NCBI GenBank assembly: GCA_016748015.1
Contig: JAAOMT010000703.1
Span: 1,276,057 to 1,340,056, forward strand
Direction of reading: 5' to 3'
Length of the DNA stretch: 64,000 nt
Source: Geosiphon pyriformis uo1
Taxonomy: Eukaryota > Fungi > Glomeromycota
Under the pieces are notes generated by a model. The model was given only the letters and a program-made list of their open reading frames with translations. It had not been told where the DNA came from and did not search any database. The translations under genes were made by a program, and so were the position numbers. The stretch's first letter is position 1. Each line of letters begins with the position of its first letter. Shown piece by piece: positions 14,001 through 27,222 of this stretch.

Positions 14001-15942
14001 TTAAATTCATTTTTCTTCTTTTATTATGATTATAAATAATCTAAACTTGTTATAACTCTTTTAAAGATAACTTTAATACAAAAAATTAAAAATATTTTGC
14101 CTTCTAATTAGCAATGAAAATTACTGTTACCAAATTCATACACACCTATTTTAAATAGCTTACAAACTATATTTCTGTAAAATTTACTTTATTTGAAGTA
14201 CAACTAGAATTGGGAATTTTTATGATTTCAACATTTATAATAAAAAATTAAAGGTAAAAAAATTTCTTTTGTTAAGCATTATTGATAATTTAATACTTTT
14301 AAAAAATTATTTTAAACAATAACAATAAAAACATATTGGTTTAAATTGGTTTTAAATGAATTATCTACTATATTGGTTTCTGATTGATTTTTATTAGTTT
14401 TAAAAACAAAAAAAATTGTTTTTTTATATAACTTTAATTAGTCAATCTATTATATTACCTATCTTAAGAATTAGACTAATTAAATAGAAATTAAAGCTAT
14501 TTTTTTCTGTTTTTTGATAATATTATTTTTGGTAGTATTTGGAAAATAATTGTTTATTATTAATAATTTTCTAAATAGTAATTTTTATTTTAGTATTTAA
14601 TATATTTTTTAAGATTAATTTAGCTTATGTTAAGACTGTTTTCTAGTCTGTATATGATTTTATTAATGTGAAATCTGTTTTTAAGAACAATATTAAAAAG
14701 CATAAATTGTATTTAATTGAAACATTTATATAATAAAATGCAATAAAAAAAATAAGAATATTTTTTTAAAAATATTATATCAAATTTTTTTTTAAAAATT
14801 AAATGGCAATTATTTTTTGATTATTTTATAAAATAGATCTAAAAAAAGAATTTGTTTCTAATTTCTATAATGATTTTTATTTAAGTTTTTATGTAAATAA
14901 TAAATTATTTAATGTTTTTGAATCAGCTTAATACATTTAAGATGCTTTTATCACAGATCTCAAAACTATTCATTTAGGCAAAAAGTATTTAATTAATAGC
15001 TTATTTATATTTCATTATTTTTTTGTGTTTCTTAGTTGAATTATTTTATCATCTTTAAGCAAAATTTTTTTAAATAAACAAAAATAAAATATTTTAAGAA
15101 ATGGGCTTAAACTAAAATTTTGAAAGTTGAAATAAGAAAAACAGAAAAAATAAATAAAATTAAATTTATATGTCATTATTAAATATATTAAGTCTTCAAA
15201 CAGAAAAAACTACATTTATAAAACACAATAATTAAAAGAAAAGCTAATCCAATAACTATTAAATTACTATCAATTAAATAAATTATTGACTTTTAACATT
15301 AAGAATATTTCTGTGGCTTAAAAACAAATAAAAAAAATTTAAAATGGATTTAACATGGAAAAAAGTATTTTTCTTGGGTATGAATAGTGTGTTAATCTAA
15401 TCTTGCATATTTAACAAACAAATAATTAATTTAGTTTAGCTTTTAGTTTGAAAATTCCCATGCTATAAAGCCTAAATTCACAAGTTTTAAATTAATACCA
15501 GTAATAATCCTTATGACAGATCATCAATCGATCAATTGCAAGAGATCAATATTTGTTATTTGTTATTTGTTATTTCACTAACTAGGTAGAGATTGAGTTA
15601 GATATTAATGATCTTTTAAAAAGTCGACTTTAATTAAAGATTTACTTAAAGTCGTTAAGTGATTGGATATATTTGATACTTATTTACTTATTTAGTTAAA
15701 TTTTGATTTATGAATTTCTATATCAAAAGATCAATTAATTAAATTAAATAATCTAAAATATTTTTCTCGCATTACCCCTCCCCCTTTAAGTTTTACATCG
15801 TAATTTAACGATTATTATTTCTTTATTATAAGAAGACTTTCAGATTTGGAAAATTTATAAATTTATAAAGACTATGAACCATCACCTCCTTTGATTTACC
15901 TCATCGATTTTCTATTTTGTATATGAAACTCCTTGAATCAAC

Positions 15943-17424
15943 ATGAATAGAATGAAAATTTTGATTTTTTTTCTACTGTTTATATCTATTAAATTTTATT
16001 TGAGTTCTAGCAAAAACTTTTTATTAAACCAAAATGATTTAGAATTAGATCTCGATAAAGAGTTGAACAAAACCCTATTTAAAGGTATTTAACTTTATAA
16101 TTGTCTCTGGTCAAATTGCTAGGGTGAATTCCTGATCAAAACGGAAATAAAACTCGACACTTTAAAAAAAAAGTTTCGACAGTAAGGCCCTTTGAGGAAG
16201 AGGAAAACAAAAATTCAATGGGGTTGAGAAAAGAAAAGAAACTGTATGGGAAACGAACACAAAATCCATCGGGCCCTATAAAAAAGGAATTCAAAACAGA
16301 AAAAATCAGAGTCTTTAACAAGACTGTAATACTTTTTATGAGGCGGATGGCAGAAATTGCAAATTTAGCCTATTGTCGCACGTCAAATCGAATCGGAAGC
16401 GTTGTAGGGGATAACGAAGTGATTGGTAAATAATCGTTATTTAAAATACAATTTATGCTAAAGTGAAAAGATTACCAAAACATTCTTTTGGAATTTATAG
16501 CTGATTTTGGGGTGAATAAGGAAAATAGTGTCAAATTTGTCGCATACTTTCGAGGACCAAACCTTAGTAAAGAGCAATGGCGTCAGAGATCAGTTTACAC
16601 GAGTGAAATACAAGTGGATCCTTTTTGGAAGGAAAAAAGCATGGTCGATGCTATTTGGCTGAAACATACTAAGATGATGATGCCTTTTTTGATTGAAAAG
16701 TATGAGAAATTACAAAATAAGCCTGATAAAGTTTCTTTTGTTGGACATGGAATTGGTGGAGGTAAATTGTTTGCCACCAAAAATAATTGATGTTTAGTAA
16801 AAATTTGTTTTATACCTACAAATATATACTAATATTTTTTTCTCTAAAGCATATGCAACGCTAGCCGCCTTGTATTTTCGTAATCTTATAGTTAACGGAA
16901 CGTTAGAATCAAATGGGAATATAAGCACTAATAAAATTAATATTATCACATTTGGTGCCCCCCGGATCGGAAATTTAGCATTTGTTAAGCAAGTGAAGCA
17001 ATCAATTCATCTTAAAAATCTTTTCCGGATAACTCATTTGAATGATTGGCTTTCTCGGGATTTTATGTCCAAGCGTATGTTTTTACATAATGAGGTGGAG
17101 TATTGGTTGGACTATGAAAAAGATGATTGTGAATGTCCATCAAAAAAACAAATTCTTTTTCAATGTTTTGGGCGAAACTCTAGGCAAGAGATTGATGAAA
17201 ATGAGGTAAATTTTAAATTAGAAAAGCTTTCTTTTATTATACAATTATTATGAGCATTACAATTATTACAATCACTATTTTAGGAATGCAATTTGGGAAC
17301 AGTCGACTCCGAAGAAGGGCATAATATTATGGACCCAAATATTGGGCCTTACTTTGGTATTAGCTTCGGCACATGTAACTCCAACAGAATGAACTTTTCA
17401 GAACATGATTCTTATTTTAATTAA
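15943..17424 (+). CDS. Secreted class-3 lipase-fold protein, copy 1, predicted catalytically inactive; exons 15943-16084, ~16174-16425, 16501-16761, 16850-17205, 17284-17424
   Basis: Signal-like MNRMKILIFFLLFISIKFYLSSS; KR site; ANLAYC; YFRG; VSFVGHGIGGAYATLAA; IITFGAPRIGN; RITHLND; HNEVEYW; GPYFGISFGTC. Introns 2-4 are canonical and in frame. Intron 1 acceptor is uncertain (16173 or 16182). Confidence 0.85.
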
Positions 17425-18075
17425 ATTTTAATAAATATTCCCAATTTGCCTCGTATTTATGAATTTGACTATTTTTTTGACTATAAATTTTTCATGGATA
17501 TCTTAGAAGCGAATAAAGTCGTATTATTTAAAAAAAAGAAGATTGTGTTTATAAAGAAATGATTGAAAATTTCTAACCACCGAAAAATCGAGATTATATT
17601 TATAGCGGTCTCTAAGAAAAGAATAACTCATAACAATTATTATAAAATTTTATTTAGAATCTATAGTTTTTGTGCAGTCTGTCCAATATTATTAAACCAG
17701 TCATCTTTTATTTAATAATACACAGATTAATTTAATGGGCAACTTTTTTTTAAAAAATTTTGAAAATAACAAACATTGAATATATATATTTTTAACTTAA
17801 ATGGGGAAAACCGGAAAACACAAATAAAATGAAATTTATATTCATTATTAAATTTATAAACAGTAAAATAAGTCTTTAAACAGGAAAACTATTTTCATGC
17901 AACACATTAATTGAAAGAAAAGCTAATATAATAATTATTAATTTATTATTATTAAATTAATAAATTATTGACTTTTAACATTACGAATATTTCTGTGGCT
18001 CTAATAAAATTTGTAGGTTTGAGCGAAAATAAATTAGAGAATATAGATTAAGAGTTATAAAGTTCATTAATTACT

Positions 18076-18135
18076 TGATTGATTTGATTTGATTTGATTT
18101 GATTTGATTTGATTTGATTTGATTTAATTTAATTT
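18076..18135. repeat. (GATTT)n microsatellite
   Basis: About ten direct gattt units followed by degenerate aattt units. Confidence 0.9.
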
Positions 18136-18809
18136 GGTTTAAATAATCTTTAAGGCTTTGCAAATCATGCTTTAATATTATGTAAAGACATAAAGCATTA
18201 TTTTATAAAAATAATGTGACCAAATATTTAGCAAGAACTATGTTAAAATTAATTTTTAATGTCAATTCTTAAAGCAATATATAAATAATAGTATTCCATC
18301 ATTATTTTATTGTAATACATAAAAATTGTATTCAACATAAAAAAATATTGTGCTGGGGTATGAATTATGTTAATCTAATCTTTCACATTTAGCAAACAAA
18401 TAATTAATCCAGTTTGAAAATTCTCTCCTATTTACACAAGTTTTAAATTGATAGCAGTAATAACCCTCATGACAGATCATCAATCCGATCAATTGCGAGA
18501 GATCAATATTTGTTGTTTGTTATTTCGCGAACTAGGTAGAGATTGAGTTGTATATGTTTATTATCATCTTTTAAAAAAGTCGATTTTAATTAGAAGTTCA
18601 AATTGATTAAATTAAATAATCAAAATATTTTCCCGCATTGCCCCTTTAAGTTTTAGATCATGATTTAAAGATTATTCTTTCTTTAGAATAAGAGGACTTC
18701 AAGACTTGGAAACTTTCTAAATTTATAGAAACCTAAAACCATCACATTTTTTTTGATTTACCTAATCAAATTTCGATTTTGTTTAGGAAACTTCTTGAAT
18801 CAACATAGA

Positions 18810-20267
18810 ATGAAAAATTTTATTTTTATTCTGCTGTTTATATCTATAAAAATTTATTTGAATTCTAGCAAGAACATTTCATTTAACCAAAATGATTTAG
18901 GATTGGACTTCGATAAAGAGTTGAACAAAACCCTATTTAAAGGTATTTAACTTTTAATTGTCTCTGGTCAAATTACTAGGGTAAATTCCTTATCAAAACT
19001 TGAAGTTGTAAATAAAAAAGTTTCGAGATTAAGGCCCTTTGAGGAAGAGGAAAACAAGAATTTAATGAGGTTAGGAAAAGAAAAAAAACTGTATGGGAAA
19101 CGAACACAAAATCCGTCGGGCCCAATAAAAAAGGAATTCAAAACAGAAAAAATCAAATTTTTCGACAAGACTGCAATATTTTTTATGAGGCGGATGGCAG
19201 AAATTGCAAATTTTGCCTATTGTAGCACGTCAAATCGAATCGGAAGAGTTGTAGGGGATAACGAAGTGATTGGTAAATAATCGTTATTTAAAATACAATT
19301 TATGCTAAAGTGAAAAGATTGCTAAAAATATACTTTTGGATTTTACAGCTGATGTTTCCATCGATAAGAAAAATGGCGTCAAATTTGTCGTATACTTTCG
19401 AGGAGCAAACCTTAGTAAAGAGCAATGGCGTCAGAGATCAATTTTGACGAGTGAAGTACAATTGGATCCTTTTCGGGAGGAAAAAAGCATAGTCGATGCT
19501 ATTTGGTTAAAGCATACCAAGATGATGATGCCTTTATTGATCAAAAGGTTTAAACGATTACATAATCCTGATAATGTTTCTTTTGTTGGACATGGAATTG
19601 GTGGAGGTAAATCTTTTGCTACCAAAAATAATATATGTTTAAAAAAAACTTTGTTTTGCCTACAAATAAATACTAATATTTTTCCTCTAAAGCATATGCA
19701 ACGCTAGCCGCCTTGTATTTTCGTAATCTTATAGTTAACGGAACGTTAGAATCAAATCGGAATATAAAGATAAATAAAATTAATATTATCACATTTGGTG
19801 CTCCTCGAATCGGAAATTTAGCATTTGTTAAGCAAGTGAAGCAATCAATTCATCTTAAAAATCTTTTCCGGATAACTCATTTGAACGATTGGCTTTCTCG
19901 GGATTTTATGTCCAAGCGTATGTTTTTACATCATGAGGTGGAGTATTGGTTAGACAATTCAAAAGATGATTGTGGGTGTCTTTCAGAAAAACAAATTCTT
20001 TTTCAATGTTTTGGGCGAAACTCCAGGCAAGAGATTGATGAAAATGAGGTAAATTTTAAATTAGAAAAGCTTTCTTTTATTATACAATTATTATGAGCAT
20101 TACAATCATTACAATCACTTTTTTAGGAATGCAATTTGGGAACAGTCGACTCCGAAGAAGGGAATAATATTATGGACCCAAATATTGGGCCTTACTTTGG
20201 TATTAGCTTCGGCACATGTAACTCCAACAGAATTACCTTTTCAGAAGATGAGTCTTATTTTTATTAA
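18810..20267 (+). CDS. Secreted class-3 lipase-fold protein, copy 2, predicted catalytically inactive; exons 18810-18942, ~19021-19272, 19349-19606, 19693-20048, 20127-20267
   Basis: Paralog of copy 1 with identical intron positions and the same GHGIGG and PNIGPYFG motifs. Spliced frame is open. Intron 1 acceptor is uncertain (19005 or 19020). Confidence 0.85.
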
Positions 20268-23200
20268 TTTTTTTAATGTTACAGGAACCAATGATTGTTG
20301 GTATTATGGTACAGCGGCTTTTACCTCTGAACAATACATCGTATTTATGAATTTGAGAATTTTTTTGGCTATAGATTTTTTATTATGTCTTCGAAGCTAA
20401 TAAAGCAATTATTGTTTCTTCTACTATAATTAAAAAACCAACAACTAAAAAAGTTCTTTCAATAATAAAAGCAATTAAAAAAACATTATTAAAATGTTTC
20501 TTTAAGTAAATCGAATTTAAAGCAGTTTTTAATTGTTTTAAAAGCAATTTTTTCTCTTTGAATTGAAGGTTTTTTAGTTAAGATTTTTTCCAAACACATT
20601 AGAAATAGTCATAATATTGTTAAAATTACTACCAAATATCTTAAACTTTTCAACAATAAATTAGTAATAAGATCATTGTTTTTTTAATCATTACAATATT
20701 TTTTAATTTGCCAGAAAACCAAAACAGCCAAAAAGCAATTATTACCATTATCAACTTTAATAATAGCAAATTTTTTTTTAAAACACCAATTCTGTATTTT
20801 TTAAAAACTTAATTTTACTAATATTGTTTTAAAGCCAGCTTTTTTTTCTTTAAAAATAAAGCTTTAGTTTTTGTACTTAACATTAATTCTTTTATTAGTT
20901 TTGTTTTATTAATTTTAACCATAAAAATTAATTTCAATCTAAGCAAAAATGTATCTATTAAGAAAAATACAAATTAGCATTTGATAATGTTATTTAATAC
21001 AATTATTTTCAGCCAATTATTTTTTATTAAAAGGTAAAACAAGTGGTTAATATGTATTTTTTAATTACCAATTAGCATTATTTAATTCATAAAACTAAAT
21101 TTTTTTTGAAACCTAAAACAACAAACTTTTTTGTTGTACTGTAATATTTTTTAATATTATACCTAATAACTAAAAATTATTACCAACTATTAAAAAATTT
21201 GTAAATAAATAATTTTTGTCTTAATCTTTAATGTATTGTCTAATGTTTTTCTTAAAATAATCTTCAAATATTTGGTAAAATTGTTGGTATTAAGTTAAAA
21301 CCTACTAGCTTGTAATAATATTCTATTGTATATTTTAAAACTTAGTTTTAACTAATTTACTTTTTAACACCTGATTAATATTTGTAAAAAAACAGCATTA
21401 AAATCTTTTCTAATTCAAAAAAAATTATTGTTTCAAAAAATACATTTAAGACCAAATTAGTTATTTTGGTTATATAGTTTAAAAAATTAGTAATATAATT
21501 GGGCAAATTTTTGATTAAATCTATTTTATTTTCAATTAACAAATTTTGATTATTGTTAAAATTATAAAGTCCTTAATACTGTTGTTGTTAAAGATGTTAT
21601 ATTAAATAAAAATATATTATTTTTTATTATATTAAAAATACCAAGGTTTAAAATTTTAAGTTTTTAATTATATTAAATGTTTTTTAAAAACATCTAGTTC
21701 AAAAATTTTGTATTAAACAGATTAATTAATTTTATTTCGTAGATCTAAGTTGTTAGCTAATTTGTTATGCTTTTAATAATTAATTTTGTAAAACTAAATA
21801 AAAAAACTTACTTTATTAAAAACATAAATTCAGAACTTGGTTTTAATAATATATTTACTTTAATAAATATTATTAGCTGTTTTGTTATAAAATCAACTTT
21901 TTTAAAAGCTTAAATAATTATTTAACTGTAAATTTTAAAAAAATACTCGAAAATATTGCCATATATATTTAAATTAATAAAAATTAAAAATACTGTTAAT
22001 TTTAAAACTATATTTAATGAAAAAAAAAAATTTCGATACAATTGTATATTATAAAAATACAAAAATATTTGTACAAAGTTTGTACAAAATTTTATAAGCT
22101 GTATAATATTACCAATAATGTTTCTGGATTTTATTATTTCTATTATTTTTATTACTTTGATTTATTTATCACTTGATCAATCAATTTTGCAAAATTTTTT
22201 TTATTTTTATCATTATATATTTTATTGTATGTTTAATATTTTGAAATTTCTGTATTTTTTTTTTGAAGTTTCAACACAATAAATAATTTTTATGTAATAT
22301 CATATTATGTTTGTTTGTGTTTGCAGTTTTATGTAATTTAATTAATAGTATTACTTTAAATTTCTTTGAAAATTTTGAAGACTAAATAAATAAATTAATA
22401 TATTAGGCCAATTATATTAAATTTTTGCAAATTGTGGTAATAATAACAATATTTTATATCTTATTTTTGAATTAATTCAAATTTAATAAAAATATATTTG
22501 GTGTAACTTTTAATATGGTTAAATGTTGTCGTATTATTTATGAATAAGAAATAAAATTATATTTTTAAATGTAATGTTTGATATTTTTTTAATTTTTTGT
22601 ATTTATTGAGAAAATAATATTGTTTAATAGAAAACAAAATTAAACATATAAAATAAATAACTATTTTTAAAATTGATTTAACAGTTTATAAAAAAATAAA
22701 TTTTTATTTTATTTGTTAAGAAATAATAAAAAATAAAATTTTATAAGCTTTAAATTTAAATAACACAATTAATATATTTATATATTTAATTAAAAAAATT
22801 AAAATTTAATATAAACAATTTTCATTAACTTTTAATTTAATTTAATAACACAAAATAAATTAAAAAATCAATAATTCAAGTTTTTTTACAAAATTAAACA
22901 AACTGTTAAACAAATAACATTGATTGAATAAAAAAAAATTAATTTCGTATTAAAATTCTTATTTCAATTTAAACTCAATAAATAGACTTTTAACTGGATT
23001 GTAAATTTATGTAATAAAGCTTTTATATAGTTTGTTGTTTATTACAAAAAAAATTGTACAATAAGTTTTACTTAAGTATTGTTTGTATTAAATATGATGG
23101 AATAAAATTATTTTATAACATATTTGTATTAAAAAATTATTAAAAATTTTTTAATGTAAAAAGATATGTTGTTTTAATATAGTTATATATAAATAGCATA

Positions 23201-26200
23201 TAAATATTAATCACATTTATTGTAAAACATATATATATTACAAGTAAATAGATAATGGTTAAATTATTTTTAAAAAAGTATATCAAAAAATATAGAAAAT
23301 ATTATTTATGTAACTATATATTTATTATTATTAAAATACATATTTATTGTTTAATAAATTATAAATTTCTTTATATTATTATTTTTTAAATATTTAAAAA
23401 AGTTAATTTCTTTTAGAATTGATTAAGATAGTACATATACGTGTCACCCAAAAAAAATCAAAACTAACCTGAATCAACATACTTCTTTTGCAAACTTAAC
23501 TTTTATCTTACAGGTTATAAACCTTTTAAATTTAGCAAAAGTTTTTTTATCCCAATGTATTGCAACAGCATTAAAGTCATTATCACTTACAAAACATATC
23601 AGAATATCTACAACCTCTTTAATTATTTCTATTGTAAAACAAATGATCAATATGTATTTAAACGGTGGTAAATTAAAATAAAAAACATATTTGTAATTGA
23701 AAATTATGAATTTTAGCTGTTTGATGCTTTTTTTTACATGTTAAATCTATTCAACAGATACTTACTAATTTTTGCATTTAATAATTGATATAATACAAAT
23801 AATATAATTTAAGATTTATATAAAATTATACTTTGAAGAAAAATTGTATTAAAGCTAATATTTACAATATAAAAAAATTTATTTGTTAATTTTTCTTGTA
23901 AAATTTTTATATATTTCAATATAATTCAGAAAATCATATTTTATTCTATGAAATCTCAGCTGTCAACAAAATATCACTTTAAAATTCGCCCTATTGGAGT
24001 GGTCGGAAATATAAAAATTACCTGTACATAGTTTTTACAGAATCAGAATATTTCAGGAAAATTTCTCATTATAATATGTGATATTGTTAGTATTTTTCTT
24101 GAAAATTTTTTATTTTAAAGATGAAATTTTTCTGGGTTAAGAGATAGAAAAAATATTGGTTTAAACCGAATATGATATTAATACTTTGGATATTTTAAAG
24201 GGAACTTTAATGAATTCTCATCTCATGTTTTCAATCATTTTGCTCAATAAAACTCTTAAATTTATTTATCTCTAAAGTTTTCTAAAAAATAGTTAATCTT
24301 GAAAGTTAAGTTTCAGGCTCACAACTTTTTAACTTGAACATTTTATGTTCTATCCTTAGAAAATTATAGAAAGTAATTATCTTATATTTTAAGATAAAGG
24401 AGAGATTTAATTCATCATATCCGTTGTGCTTCATAGCTGAACTTATAAATCTTAGCAATAAATCTCTGCTTGTTGAAATACAGTATATATTATTTTTGCT
24501 ATAGTATTTTAATATTAAAACCAATCTATCAGCTTAAGATTAGTCATTAAGGAAATATCGCTTATTCCATTTATATTAGTCTCTTTTTATTGAGTTACAA
24601 CCTTTCCAGTTTTCCATCATATGATTTTAGAAGTAATTATTTCGATGTAATTATTCAATTATAATTGAGTTATTATCTACTGGCCTTAAAAAAGTTGATT
24701 TATTAAAACAATTAGACCAAGATCGCCAGGAAACCAATTTAAAGACCCCGATTTGAAAATCTTAACCATCAGGATGATAAAAAAGGAAGTTAAGTCAATC
24801 ACCTATATTTAATGTACTTCCCGTTATTAAAGACTATTTTGAACCTTCAATCATCTTTCTGATAGGAAATTTTGTTCTTTACGTGATGAGTTTATGGTTG
24901 GCCTTCTAAGAGATTAACTATATCTTTTGAAATCCTTAGATAAATGTAATAACGTTTATGACTTAATCAAAAAAAAACTTTATTTAACTTGCCTCTTAAT
25001 GATTTAAAGGATTTAACATATTAAATTAAAGGAAAATGCATTTGATGAAATAAATTTGTCAGGATGATAGCAAAAACTTATTCTAACAGTGGTCCCGACC
25101 ATTACAAAATTTAGGGCTTTTTGTCCGTAAAACTGAATCGATATGAAACTAATAATTAAAAATGACTTTATTCAATTTATATAGATGTAAAATGATTTTG
25201 TTTTTACAATGTTTTTAAATTTTAAGAAAAGCAGTCAGTTTAAAAATCAGTATTTGTCTTTTATTGTGATTTATAATTGACTAATAATATATATATAATG
25301 TATAATTTATTTTTCAATATGATATTGTTTTTAATATCCTTTTTGAAAAAATTCTTAATAAAATAATTAATAAAGTTTTATTTTAAAAAAACTATTGTTT
25401 GTTCTTTAAACTTACTTTTATTCCAAATTATGTTAAAAATATTTTGTTAATAAAATTAATATTTTAAAATATCACAAAATTTACAAAAATATCTATAACA
25501 ATAATAGATAGATAATAATAAAAAGTTTTGATTAATATAAAATTAATTGATTTATTAAAATAAGTTTTAAAATAATGAATAATTGATTGAATTGCAAAAA
25601 TAACTGTAGGGGCAATTTTAAATAATTTGTATTTTATAAAAAAATATTAATAATATATGGATAATTCATGTTTACACTATAATAATGCAACATAAATTTA
25701 ATAAAACGATAAAATAGAGAACTTCAATTCAGATGAATCAGCTTATCAAACCTTCTGAAAAGCTGTCACATGCAAATTTTAATTATATATTCAATAAAAA
25801 TTTGGAAAAATAATATAAAGGACAAAAATAGGTTCAAAATAGATTGTAAGTTACAGAATTAAATAATAAATAAGTTTTCGATTCTTATATTCAGTTAAAT
25901 TGATGTGAAAATTTATATTTTAGTATGAATAATCCCATTTTTATATTAGGTTTATAAAAAAAACTTATTAAAATCATTCAAATATTTATCAGAAAGGTAT
26001 AATAGTAAAATAGAGTAGTCCAGATAACTTTTGGGGAAAATCTTATTTTAAAACATCAAAAACTTTTGAAAATATAGGTGGAAGAATTTTCAACAAGATT
26101 GAGGAAGAACAATTTCTTTTTCTTTAAAGAATTATTACTCACAAATAACTTTGCATGTTGCAAGAGAATTAGTAAACAAACTTGACTAGCTTTTTAGTTA

Positions 26201-26494
26201 TCATCCGAAATGACTAGTATCTGGTGTTGCTGATACATTTCAAGTAATTTTCATTTTACTCGAACATTAAAATTTTATGTAACAGTTATATCTGATTACT
26301 CTTTGTAGGATTGCCATTTTTAGATAATTCAAGTTTTTTGTGATTAAAATGACGAAAAACAACATATTCAGTTTTCGTAACAAAATTTTAACACGATAAA
26401 TATGAAGTCTTTCCTTTTTCCACAGATTTCTCTCAAAAAACTAGTGAACCAATATCCAAGACAATTTTAAAAAATAATTAGAATTTATTTAATC

Positions 26495-26894
26495 ATGGAT
26501 GATCCGTCTCCCCATAATGGAGTAGATGACATTGCGCCTGTTGCAATGAGTGATGAAACGGTTTTCCCTGATTTAAAATTTCTTAAATTCACTGTTTTTT
26601 AAATGGGCGAAAAATATTGAGAAAAATCTGAGAAACTTTTTTTCATTCTTTTAAGGTCCAACCAGCACCATCAAAACCCACACAAAAAAACAGTCAATTT
26701 TATCCAAAATTTCATGCAGGTCGGTTTTGTTTGGCCTTAATTGTAATAATTATAGGAGGAACTTTGGGTGAGTAATTACTTTTATGCTTTTTAATTTTGT
26801 AAATTATTTTTCTTTTAAGATTTTTGCATGACCTGATTTTTTTAATTTATTATTATTACTACTACTACTAGTTTGGATTGGATTATCCTTTTGA
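26495..26894 (+). CDS. Putative 66-aa tail-anchored membrane microprotein; exons 26495-26560, 26656-26767, 26872-26894
   Basis: Splices to MDDPSPHNGVDDIAPVAMSDETVQPAPSKPTQKNSQFYPKFHAGRFCLALIVIIIGGTLVWIGLSF*. GC-richer exons, pyrimidine-rich acceptors, second donor gtgagt (first donor gttttc is weak). The hydrophobic segment continues across the last junction. Confidence 0.5.
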
Positions 26895-27179
26895 TATATA
26901 TTTCATTGATAAAACTTTATTTTTATCTCTTTTAATTTATACCGTGAAATTTGAATTGAATGTAGCTTAAAATCACTTTGTGTTTAACATGTTATATCAT
27001 TTTTAGTGTTTTATTATTTTGTTTCAAAATTTTTGAAGTTTTTAAAATCTAAAATTTCATAATAAATCCAAGAAAAGCTATACATGTCGTTTAATTTAGA
27101 TTTCAATTTATGGATAGCCTGACCACACAATAAATATTTAACAAACATATATTTGCAGTTTTAAGACTTTTTCTTAGTC

Positions 27180-27222
<43 letters not shown>
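27180..27222. repeat. (TTA)n microsatellite
   Basis: About 14 perfect units. Confidence 0.95.

Larger units (their letters stand above)
15140..20405 (+). repeat. Tandem segmental duplication (~15140-17520 and ~17810-20405), each unit carrying upstream region, lipase-like gene and 3' flank
   Basis: Shared upstream blocks (aattattgacttttaacatta.gaatatttctgtggct; gacagatcatcaat..gatcaattgc.agagatcaatat; actaggtagagattgagtt) and shared 3' blocks (tcgtatttatgaatttga). Boundaries approximate. Confidence 0.85.

Noticed and set aside
16136-20400. ORFs 16136, 16595, 18968, 19431 (minus) and 20185 (plus)
   Set aside because: Antisense or off-frame shadows of lipase exons.
20400-23400. Possible eroded gag or DNA-transposon relics
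   Set aside because: Too degenerate to identify termini or motifs.
23469-23628. Minus-strand exon-like segment (IIKEVVDILICFVSDNDFNAVAIHWDKK..) with splice-like ends
   Set aside because: Two in-frame stops, no partner exons, no recognisable domain.
24306-24524. Minus ORF with KIITF, a possible third lipase relic
   Set aside because: No GH.G, FRG or PR.GN motifs; resemblance too weak.
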